DNA of 64,000 bases from Antedon mediterranea (taxonomy: Eukaryota; Animalia; Echinodermata): assembly GCF_964355755.1 (NCBI RefSeq), contig NC_092673.1:26533648-26597647 (forward strand). The letters run 5' to 3'. A model generated the notes under the pieces. It was not told the DNA's origin and searched no databases. It saw only the letters and a list, made by a program, of their open reading frames with translations. Shown here one piece after another: positions 40,282-52,544 of the stretch (positions are counted from its first letter, which is position 1; each line of letters opens with the position of its first letter). The translations under genes were made by a program, and so were the position numbers.

Positions 40282-42029
40282 TTCATTTACATACAGGTGT
40301 TGAATAATCAAATTTGTAAAATATTCGATTTATTATTATATTATGTAGTCGTTTTACAATTTTCAAAAATACTGTTTAAAATAATGCGAATTCTAATTGG
40401 TGTGTACATACGTGTATTTTATACATCGCGTTATTAATCAAATAAATAACCGATAATAATTTGTGATTAAATTAATAATAGAGTACTTTGAAAATGGGTA
40501 TTACATGCATTCGCATTGGTTCGATGGTTCCAAGAATTGACTTAAAATTTAAAACTTAATGTGTAAAGACCTCCATCCAATTGAATTGTATATATGTATA
40601 CTTCTGTGTATTTATTTTTACAATCGGCACGAGACAAACGAAACTGGTTTTTCTAATGTTTCTGTTAAATATTTAACATTTTTCCAATAAATCAAAATAA
40701 TCTTAAGAGATATTATTTAAATTGAATTTATTTGAAAAATCATTATTACAAAAATACATTACAAAGAAATATACATTAATGGAAGATTTTCCATGATAGA
40801 CCAAAAACCCAATTACTGTATAGTTTTTTTCATTAAAGTCCTTATATAAGATGAATCATTGGTACTATTAATAGGAAAATGACGTAATCAAGTATTAAAA
40901 AGGACAGAGCACACTAATTAAGGCTGTTAGGGCTAAATGCAGTCATTTATAAATACGGTTGATGCATAAGTGTTTTGTCAAACAATGATATGTATATAAA
41001 AAAAATTGAAATATTATTACCCGTAAATGTGTTATGTCAAGTTATAATTATTGTCAAATTAATTATAGTTCGAAAATAGTTAAATACTTCAGTCAGTGGT
41101 GATGGTACATTATTTTGTATTTTTATTTACACAATAAAGCTCCGTCTAAACTATCAAACTGACAAAACAATCTGGTGTGCCCATATATGGACACGATGAT
41201 GTCATATCACTACCATATTTGGACACATCGTACTTTTTTCTTTGTCAAACTAGTTTAACTTTAACTTACCTATTTGTAGTAGTACATATGTGTTGTGTAT
41301 TTATGAATGATATTTGGAAGTTGATATGCAATCTTTAGATTCGTATATGGTTAGCATTATTAAACAAAATATAAACAAATACTGTAGATTATTTCCATAT
41401 TAACGTCGACATTCAGATAAAAATAACTTGTATTTACAAAATCTAAAAAAAATATTTATAATGCATTTAAATATTTTCGATATTTTATCCATTTTTTTCA
41501 AAAACTAGAAGAATTTTTCCAAAATTTACAAAAATATAAACTCTCAAAATTCAATTTGGCAATAATATGCTCTATAGGCCTGTGCCCATATATTGCACTA
41601 CCATCGATTGGGGTATATTATAACACCATAGTAAGCTACGGTATTACATCAAAATAAAAAGATTGAAACTTGGTCATTCGAAAATAACTCTCTTGTACTA
41701 TTTTGTAATGTACTGTACACGGATTTTGTTGTTAAATTAACAAAATATGACTTTTTCATAATATTTATGCGATGATATTATGGCAAAAATTATATATATG
41801 TACATATATGGTAATAGTATTGCATAATAAGTGAATTTTAAAAAGTCGATATTTTGGCCATTTTTTTTCAAAAAATTACCAAATTTCGACCATTTTATTT
41901 TTTGAAATAACTGGTTACTATGACTCTATACGATGGTGATAATGCTAATATATGTGCATATATGGTAATATTATTGCATATTAAGTGAATTTTAAAAAGT
42001 CGATATATTGGCCATTTAAAAAAAAAACC

Positions 42030-45000
42030 CTGTACTATATAGGGATTTGTTCAAAATATGGCCAAATTTCGACCTTTTTATTTTCCGATAAAACTGGTTA
42101 CTATAGCATAATTGACATGCGCAGGAACCTAATATTCGACTCTGCGCATGTTTATTATGCTATAGTAACTATTTATATCAAAAAATTAAAGTGTAAAAAA
42201 ATGGCAATTTTTCGAAAAGTTCCATGTACTATATATAGTACAGGGATTTTTTCAAAAAATGGCAAATTTTCGACCTTTTTATTTTCCGATAAAACTAGTT
42301 ACTATAGCATAATTGACATGCGCAGAACCCAATATTCGACTCTGCGCATGTTTATTTTGCTATAATAACCATTTATGTCAAAAAATAGATAAAACTAGTT
42401 ACTATAGCATAATTTACATGCGCAGAACCTAATATTCGACTCTGCGCATGTTTATTTTTCTTTAGTAACTACTTATGTTAAAAAATAAAAGGGTCAAAAA
42501 ATGGCAATTTTTCGAAAATTTCCCTGTACTATAGTACAGGGATTTTTTCAAAAAAATTGCCAAATTTCGACCTTTTATCTTTTGACATAAGTTATAGTTA
42601 CTATAGCATAATTGACATGCGCAGAACCCAATATTCGACTCTGCGCATATTTATTTTTCTATAGTAACCATTTATGTCAAGAAATAGATAAAACTGGTTA
42701 CTATAGCATAATTGACATGCGCAGAACCTAATATTCGACTCTGCGCATGTTTATTATGCTATAGTAACTACTTATGTCAAAAAATAAAAGGGTCGAAAAA
42801 TGGCCATTTTCCGAAAATTTCTCTGTACTATAGTATAGGGATTTTTTCAAAAAATTGCCAATTTTCGACCTTTTTATTTTCCGATAAAACTAGTTACTAT
42901 AGAATAATTGGCATGCGCAGAACCTAATATTCGACTCTGCGCATGTTTATTTTGCTATAGTAACCATTAATGTCAAGAAATAGATAAAACTGGTTAGTAT
43001 AGCAAAATTGATATGCGCAGAACCCAATATTCGACTCTGCGCATGTTTATTTTTCTATAGTAACTACTTATGTTAAAAAATAAAAGGGTCAAAAAATGGC
43101 CATTTTTAGTCGCGTGGAAGCGACTCTATAGTTCACTATGTCGGTCGGTCGGTCTGTCTGTCTGTCTGTCTGTCGGTCTGTCTGTCTGTCTGTCTGTCGG
43201 TCCGGTATCACTATGCGTTTTATCGCTTTCTGACCTTATCTTGATATCAGTTTAATCTAGCTAGGTCAATTTTTCACAGTATATTCCTTATGGTCAGGAA
43301 TCAATGTGGTTATGTTTTGACGGTGCGCAATAAAAAATTACGCGGTCTACGCACGATTTAATGAAATCACGTTTGTAATCATATCTTCACAACCATGAAT
43401 CACAATTAAATAAAATTTGGTAATCATAAATTTCAGGGCATAAATCATCATATGGCAATACAATTACGTGCGTAGCGCATGTAACGCATGCGTACGCGCG
43501 CTTAACATTTTCAAAATTTATTTTCGATGAAATAAGAGTACATTTCAGGCAATTTTAAGCGTTTACAAAATTGCCATGAGTGCGCATATTTTTGCGCGCG
43601 CACTGCGCGTTAAATGTTATTGCGCACTCTTTTTGCCCGATTTCTGTTTTCTTGACTTACTTTTCAACTCGAAATTACGTTATACGAGCACGTCGAAAGT
43701 GACAGGCTACGCACGTGTAAATTTAAAAAAAATAAATGTTTTTAAACATTTCAACATTTTTAAACATGTTCAGTAATTTCGGTCAGTATAGTTCACTATG
43801 TCGGTCGGTCTCTCTGTCTGTCGGTCTGTCGGTCTGTCTGTCAGTCTGTCTGTCGGTCTGTCGGTCTGTCTGTCGGTCCGGTATCACTATGCATTGTAGC
43901 ACGCGACTTAATGGCTGTTGGCCTTGTTCTAAAATGTTCCTGTACTAAAGTACAGGGATTTTTTAAAAAAATTGCCAATTTTCGACCTTTATATTTTCCG
44001 ATAAAACTAGTTTCTATAGAATAATTGACATGCGCAGAACCCAATATTCGACTCTACGCATGTTTATTTTGCTATAATAACCATTTATGTCAAAAAATAG
44101 ATAAAACTGGTTAGTATAGCAAAATTGACATGCGCAAAACCTAATATTCGACTCAACGCATGTTTATTATGCTATAGTTACTACTTATGTCAAAAAATAA
44201 AAGGGTCGAAAATGGCCATTTTTCGAAAATTTCCCTGTACTATAGTACAGGGATTTTTTCAAAAAATGGCAAATTTACGACCTTTTATTTTCCGATAAAA
44301 CTAGTTACTATAGCATAATTGACATGCGCAGAACCCAATATTCGACTCTGCGTATGTTTATTTTTCTATGGTAACTACTTATGTTAAAAAATAAAAGGGT
44401 AAAAAAATGGCCATTTTTCTAAAAATTTCCTGTACTAAAGTACAGGGATTTTTTTTAAAAATGGCCAATTTTCGACCTTTATATTTTCCGATAAAACTAG
44501 TTTCTATAGAATAATTGACATGCGCAGAACCCAATATTCGACTCTGCGAATGTTTATTTTGCTATAATAACCATTTATGTCACAAAATAGATAAAACTGG
44601 TTAGTATAGCAAAATTGACATGCGCAGAACCTAATATTCGACTCAGCGCATGTTTATTATGCTATAGTAACTACTTATGTCAAAAAATAAAAGGGTCGAA
44701 AATGGCCATTTTCCGAAAATTTCTCTGTACTATAGTAAAGGGATTTTTTTTTAAAATGGCCAATTTTCGACCTTTTTATTTTCCGATAAAACTAGTTTCT
44801 ATAGAATAATTGACATGCGCAGAACCTAATATTCGACTCTGCGCATGTTTATTTTTCTATAGTAACCATTAATGTCAAGAAATAGATAAAACTGGTTAGT
44901 ATAGCATAATTTCCATGCGCAGAACCTAATATTCGACTCAGCGCATGTTTATTATGCTATAGTTACTACTTATTTCAAAAAATAAAAGGGTCGAAAAATG

Positions 45001-48000
45001 GCCATTTTTCGAAAATTTTCCTGTACTATAGTACAGGGATTTTTTCAAAAAATTGCCAATTTACGACCTTTTTATTTTCCGATAAAACTAATTACTATAG
45101 CATAATTGACATGCGCAGAACCCAATATTCGACTCTGCGCATGTTTATTTTGCTATAATAACCATTTATGTCAAAAAATAGATAAAACTGGTTACTATAG
45201 CATAATTTACATGCGCAGAACCTAATATTCGACTCTGTGCATGTTTATTTTTCTATAGTAACTACTTATGTTAAAAAATAAAAGGGTCAAAAAATGGCCA
45301 TTTTTCGAAAATTTCCCTGTACTATAGTACAGGGATTTTTTCAAAAAAATTGCCAAATTTCGACCTTTTATCTTTTGACATAAGTAGTTACTATAGCATA
45401 ATTGACATGCGCAGAACCTAATATTCGACTCAGCGCATGTTTATTATTCTATAGTAACTACTTATGTCAAAAAATAAAAGGGTCGAAAATGGCCATTTTC
45501 CGAAAATTTCTCTGTACTATAGTACAGGGATTTTTTCAAAAAATTGCCAATTTTCGACCTTTTTATTTTCCGATAAAACTAGTTACTATAGCATAATTGA
45601 CATGCGCAGAACCCAATATTCGACTCTGCGCATGTTTATTTTTCTATAGTAACTACTTATGTTAAAAAATAAAAGGGTAAAAAAATGGCAATTTTTCTAA
45701 AATTTCCTGTACTAAAGTAGGCCTACAGGGATTTTTTTTAAAAATGGCCAATTTTCGACCTTTATATTTTCCGATAAAACTAGTTTCTATAGAATAATTG
45801 ACATGCGCAGAACCCAATATTCGACTCTGCGAATGTTTATTTTGCTATAATAACCATTTATGTCACAAAATAGATAAAACTGGTTAGTATAGCAAAATTG
45901 ACATGCGCAGAACCTAATATTCGACTCAGCGCATGTTTATTATGCTATAGTAACTACTTATGTCAAAAAATAAAAGGGTCGAAAATGGCCATTTTCCGAA
46001 AATTTCTCTGTACTATAGTAAAGGGATTTTTTTTTAAAATGGCCAATTTTCGACCTTTTTATTTTCCGATAAAACTAGTTTCTATAGAATAATTGACATG
46101 CGCAGAACCTAATATTCGACTCTGCGCATGTTTATTTTTCTATAGTAACCATTAATGTCAAGAAATAGATAAAACTGGTTAGTATAGCATAATTTCCATG
46201 CGCAGAACCTAATATTCGACTCAGCGCATGTTTATTATGCTATAGTTACTACTTATTTCAAAAAATAAAAGGGTCGAAAAATGGCCATTTTTCGAAAATT
46301 TTCCTGTACTATAGTACAGGGATTTTTTCAAAAAATTGCCAATTTACGACCTTTTTATTTTCCGATAAAACTAATTACTATAGCATAATTGACATGCGCA
46401 GAACCCAATATTCGACTCTGCGCATGTTTATTTTGCTATAATAACCATTTATGTCAAAAAATAGATAAAACTGGTTACTATAGCATAATTTACATGCGCA
46501 GAACCTAATATTCGACTCTGTGCATGTTTATTTTTCTATAGTAACTACTTATGTTAAAAAATAAAAGGGTCAAAAAATGGCCATTTTTCGAAAATTTCCC
46601 TGTACTATAGTACAGGGATTTTTTCAAAAAAATTGCCAAATTTCGACCTTTTATCTTTTGACATAAGTAGTTACTATAGCATAATTGACATGCGCAGAAC
46701 CTAATATTCGACTCAGCGCATGTTTATTATTCTATAGTAACTACTTATGTCAAAAAATAAAAGGGTCGAAAATGGCCATTTTCCGAAAATTTCTCTGTAC
46801 TATAGTACAGGGATTTTTTCAAAAAATTGCCAATTTTCGACCTTTTTATTTTCCGATAAAACTAGTTACTATAGCATAATTGACATGCGCAGAACCCAAT
46901 ATTCGACTCTGCGCATGTTTATTTTTCTATAGTAACTACTTATGTTAAAAAATAAAAGGGTAAAAAAATGGCAATTTTTCTAAAATTTCCTGTACTAAAG
47001 TAGGCCTACAGGGATTTTTTTTTAAAATGGCCAATTTTCGACCTTTATATTTTCCGATAAAACTAGTTTCTATAGAATAATTGACATGCGCAGAACCCAA
47101 TATTCGACTCTGCGCATGTTTATTTTGCTATAATAACCATTTATGTCACAAAATAGATAAAACTGGTTAGTATAGCAAAATTGACATGCGCAGAACCTAA
47201 TATTCGACTCAGCGCATGTTTATTATGCTATAGTAACTACTTATGTCAAAAAATAAAAGGGTCGAAAATGGCCATTTTCCGAAAATTTCTCTGTACTATA
47301 GTACAGGGATTTTTTTTAAAAATGGCCAATTTTCGACCTTTTTATTTTCCGATAAAACTAGTTTCTATAGAATAATTGACATGCGCAGAACCTAATATTC
47401 GACTCTGCGCATGTTTATTTTGCTATAGTAACCATTAATGTCAAGAAATAGATAAAACTGGTTAGTATAGCATAATTTCCATGCGCAGAACCTAATATTC
47501 GACTCAGCGCATGTTTATTATGCTATAGTTACTACTTATTTCAAAAAATAAAAGGGTCGAAAAATGGCAATTTTTCGAAAATTTTCCTGTACTATAGTAC
47601 AGGGATTTTTTCAAAAAATTGCCAATTTACGACCTTTTATCTTTTGACATAAGTAGTTACTATAGCATAATTGACATGCGCAGAACCCAATATTCGACTC
47701 TGCGCATGTTTATTTTTTTATAGTAACTACTTATGTTAAAAAATAAAAGGGTAAAAAAATGGCCATTTTTCGACCTTTATATTTTCCGATAAAACTAGTT
47801 TCTATAGAATAATTGACATGCGCAGAACCAAATATTTGACTCTGCGCATGTTTATTTTGCTATAGTAACCATTAATGTCAAGAAATAGATAAAACTGGTT
47901 AGTATAGCAAAATTGACATGCGCAGAACCTAATATTCGACTCAGCGCATGTTTATTATGCTATAGTAACTACTTATGTCAAAAAATAAAAGGGTCGAAAA

Positions 48001-51000
48001 TGGCCATTTTCCGAAAATTTCTCTGTACTATAGTACAGGGATTTTTTCAAAAAATGGCCAATTTTCGACCTTTATATTTTCCGATAAAACTAGTTACTAT
48101 AGAATAATTGACATGCGCAGAACCCAATATTCGACTCTACGCATGTTTATTTTGCTATAATAACCATTTATGTCAAAAAATAGATAAAACTGGTTAGTAT
48201 AGCAAAATTGACATGCGCAAAACCTAATATTCGACTCAACGCATGTTTATTATGCTATAGTAACTACTTATGTCAAAAAATAAAAGGGTCGAAAATGGCC
48301 ATTTTCCGAAAATTTCTCTGTACTATAGTACAGGGATTTTTTCAAAAAATTGCAAATTTTCGACCTTTTTATTTTCCGATAAAACTAGTTACTATAGAAT
48401 AATTGACATGCGCAGGACCCAATATTCGACTCTGCGCATGTTTATTTTTCTATAGTAACCATTTATGTCAAGAAATAGATAAAACTGGTTACTATAGCAT
48501 AATTGACATGCGCAGAACCTAATATTCGACTCTGCGCATGTTTATTATGCTATAGTAACTACTTATGTCCAAAAATAAAAGGGTCGAAAAATGGCCATTT
48601 TCCGAAAATTTCTCTGTACTATAGTACAGGGATTTTTTCAAAAAATTGCCAATTTTCGACCTTTTTATTTTCCGATAAAACTAGTTACTATAGAATAATT
48701 GACATGCGCAGAACCTAATATTCGACTCTGCGCATGTTTATTTTGCTATAGTAACCATTAATGTCAAGAAATAGAAAAAACTGGTTAGTATAGCAAAATT
48801 GATATGCGCAGAACCTAATATTCGACTCTGCGCATGTTTATTATGCTATAGTTACTACTTATGTCAAAAAATAAAAGGGTCGAAAATGGCCATTTTTCGA
48901 AAATTTCCCTGTACTATAGTACAGGGATTTTTTCAAAAAATGGCAAATTTACGACCTTTTATTTTCCGATAAAACTAGTTACTATAGCATAATTGACATG
49001 CGCAGAACCCAATATTCGACTCTGCGTATGTTTATTTTTCTATGGTAACTACTTATGTTAAAAAATAAAAGGGTAAAAAAATGGCCATTTTTCTAAAATT
49101 TTCCTGTACTAAAGTACAGGGATTTTTTTTAAAAATGGCCAATTTTCGACCTTTATATTTTCCGATAAAACTAGTTTCTATAGAATAATTGACATGCGCA
49201 GAACCCAATATTCGACTCTGCGAATGTTTATTTTGCTATAATAACCATTTATGTCACAAAATAGATAAAACTGGTTAGTATAGCAAAATTGACATGCGCA
49301 GAACCTAATATTCGACTCAGCGCATGTTTATTATGCTATAGTAACTACTTATGTCAAAAAATAAAAGGGTCGAAAATGGCCATTTTCCGAAAATTTCTCT
49401 GTACTATAGTAAAGGGATTTTTTTTTAAAATGGCCAATTTTCGACCTTTTTATTTTCCGATAAAACTAGTTTCTATAGAATAATTGACATGCGCAGAACC
49501 TAATATTCGACTCTGCGCATGTTTATTTTGCTATAGTAACCATTAATGTCAAGAAATAGATAAAACTGGTTAGTATAGCATAATTTCCATGCGCAGAACC
49601 TAATATTCGACTCAGCGCATGTTTATTATGCTATAGTTACTACTTATTTCAAAAAATAAAAGGGTCGAAAAATGGCAATTTTTCGAAAATTTTCCTGTAC
49701 TATAGTACAGGGATTTTTTCAAAAAATTGCCAATTTACGACCTTTTTATTTTCCGATAAAACTAATTACTATAGCATAATTGACATGCGCAGAACCCAAT
49801 ATTCGACTCTGCGCATGTTTATTTTGCTATAATAACCATTTATGTCAAAAAATAGATAAAACTGGTTACTATAGCATAATTTACATGCGCAGAACCTAAT
49901 ATTCGACTCTGTGCATGTTTATTTTTCTATAGTAACTACTTATGTTAAATTTTCGGAAAATGGCCATTTTCGACCCTTTTATTTTTTGACATAAGTAGTT
50001 ACTATAGAATAATAAACATGCGCAGAGTCGAATATTTGGTTCTGCGCATGTCAATTATTCTATAGAAACTAGTTTTATCGGAAAATATAAAGGTCGAAAA
50101 ATGGCCATTTTTTTACCCTTTTATTTTTTAACATAAGTAGTTACTATAAAAAAATAAACATGCGCAGAGTCGAATATTGGGTTCTGCGCATGTCAATTAT
50201 GCTATAGTAACTACTTATGTCAAAAGATAAAAGGTCGTAAATTGGCAATTTTTTGAAAAAATCCCTGTACTATAGTACAGGAAAATTTTCGAAAAATTGC
50301 CATTTTTCGACCCTTTTATTTTTTGAAATAAGTAGTAACTATAGCATAATAAACATGCGCTGAGTCGAATATTAGGTTCTGCGCATGGAAATTATGCTAT
50401 ACTAACCAGTTTTATCTATTTCTTGACATTAATGGTTACTATAGCAAAATAAACATGCGCAGAGTCGAATATTAGGTTCTGCGCATGTCAATTATTCTAT
50501 AGAAACTAGTTTTATCGGAAAATAAAAAGGTCGAAAATTGGCCATTTTTAAAAAAAATCCCTGTACTATAGTACAGAGAAATTTTCGGAAAATGGCCATT
50601 TTCGACCCTTTTATTTTTTGACATAAGTAGTTACTATAGCATAATAAACATGCGCTGAGTCGAATATTAGGTTCTGCGCATGTCAATTTTGCTATACTAA
50701 CCAGTTTTATCTATTTTGTGACATAAATGGTTATTATAGCAAAATAAACATGCGCAGAGTCGAATATTGGGTTCTGCGCATGTCAATTATTCTATAGAAA
50801 CTAGTTTTATCGGAAAATATAAAGGTCGAAAATTGGCCATTTTTAAAAAAAATCCCTGTAGGCCTACTTTAGTACAGGAAATTTTAGAAAAATTGCCATT
50901 TTTTTACCCTTTTATTTTTTAACATAAGTAGTTACTATAGAAAAATAAACATGCGCAGAGTCGAATATTGGGTTCTGCGCATGTCAATTATGCTATAGTA

Positions 51001-51520
51001 ACTAGTTTTATCGGAAAATAAAAAGGTCGAAAATTGGCAATTTTTTGAAAAAATCCCTGTACTATAGTACAGAGAAATTTTCGGAAAATGGCCATTTTCG
51101 ACCCTTTTATTTTTTGACATAAGTAGTTACTATAGAATAATAAACATGCGCTGAGTCGAATATTATTCGACTCAGCGCATGTTTATTATGCTATAGTAAC
51201 TACTTATGTCAAAAAATAAAAGGGTCGAAAATGGCCATTTTCCGAAAATTTCTCTGTACTATAGTACAGGGATTTTTTCAAAAAATGGCCAATTTTCGAC
51301 CTTTATATTTTCCGATAAAACTAGTTACTATAGAATAATTGACATGCGCAGAACCCAATATTCGACTCTGCGCATGTTTATTTTTCTATAGTAACCATTT
51401 ATGTCAAAAAATAGATAAAACTGGTTACTATAGCATAATTGACATGCGCAGAACCTAATATTCGACTCTGCGCATGTTTATTTTTCTATAGTAACCATGT
51501 CAAAAAATAGATAAAACTGG
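42030..51520. repeat. Palindromic satellite array (99- and ~196-bp units, 1283-bp higher-order repeat)
   Basis: Roughly 50-55 copies of ttgacatgcgcagaacc(c/t)aatattcgactc(t/a)gcgcatgtttat separated by two spacer classes; near-identical ORF-track hits at 44615/45898/47181 and identical hits at 45402/46685 recur every 1283 bp. Confidence 0.95.
43108..43928 (+). mobile_element. Helentron-associated non-autonomous element (HINE/DINE-1/pearl-like) inserted in the satellite
   Basis: 5' TTTT-AGTCGCGTG with adjacent inverted repeat GCGACT; (GTCY)n microsatellite cores at 43127-43217 and 43787-43892; 3' CACGCGACT sub-terminal IR + short GGC..GCC hairpin + TT; inserted in a T-run with no TSD. Confidence 0.75.
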
Positions 51521-52268
51521 TTTTCGAAAACTAACCAAATTTCGACCATTTTATTTTTTGAAATAACTGGTTACTATGACTCTACAAGATGGTGATAATG
51601 CAATATATGTGCATACATGGTAATATTATTGCATAATAGGGAGGTTTCGCAACCTCTCTATTAAGTGAATTTTAAAACGTCGATATTTTGGCCATTTTTG
51701 AAAAAAATCCCTGTAGGCCTACAGGGAAATTTTCGAAAAATGTACAAATTTCGACCCTTTTATTTTTTACAAATTGGCATGCGCAGAAACACATAATATG
51801 GTCTGCGTATGTTACCTTGTTAAACAGTAGATATTTGGTCAGTAATGCTACTCGGACGTAACGAAATGATGTAAGCAATTTGCCATGGGGTAAAAATCAA
51901 TTGCGTTGCGTCATAGTGGGAACCAAGCTTTAGCGAACGGAAAGAGATCATGTATAAAACACGATCAAATTGTATCATCTTATATATTTTAAATTACATA
52001 AACCGATAGATTATAGATATAATTAATCATCTAACTCTGTTGAAGTGTCAATATTTTAATGTCGAAATGACACCAAATCATAACCTAACAATTGTATACA
52101 ATAGTGTAATCAGTGACCTTTAACCCGTAAACAAGTGACATCACACTGGAACCGATTAGATAAATTGACAAAGGGAGGTAAATATCATTTACTTTGGGCG
52201 AAATTTCTGTCTATTACACAGCGACTCAAGATTCTTTTCCAGTGATTGTCAAGATTCATTAAAGAAAG

Positions 52269-52544
52269 ATGAAGTATGTATTACTGGTTTGCATGGCATT
52301 ATTTGTGAATAAGTGCCATGGCTGTAATAGAAATGACCCTGAACCTACCGAACCAGAACCAACGACTACAAGACCATATTCAACCACACAAATTATGACA
52401 GACACGACAATTGATCCTACCAGATGCCCGGATATTTACACGCGGACAGCAGACGACGTGTTAGCAGACGGTTACGCCGCCGCTGTCATAGGCAGCAAAT
52501 TGCCCAACTCTGATTTAACTAGCAGATACATCATTATTTTAAAA
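52269..52544 (+). CDS. Subtilase exon 1 (signal peptide, Thr/Pro-rich segment, start of propeptide)
   Basis: ATG in aagATGA context; hydrophobic N-terminus; donor AA|GTAGGT at 52545. Confidence 0.85.

Noticed and set aside
41985-51391. Repeated 61-126 aa ORFs (MTCAEPNIRL.., MSKNKRVENG..)
   Set aside because: Chance frames of the satellite unit; many start at TTG, and homopolymer indels shift frames freely between copies.
42030-51520. CRISPR-like array (recurrent hairpin repeat with spacers)
   Set aside because: The spacers are not unique (two recurring classes), no cas genes are present and the context is eukaryotic; it is a satellite.
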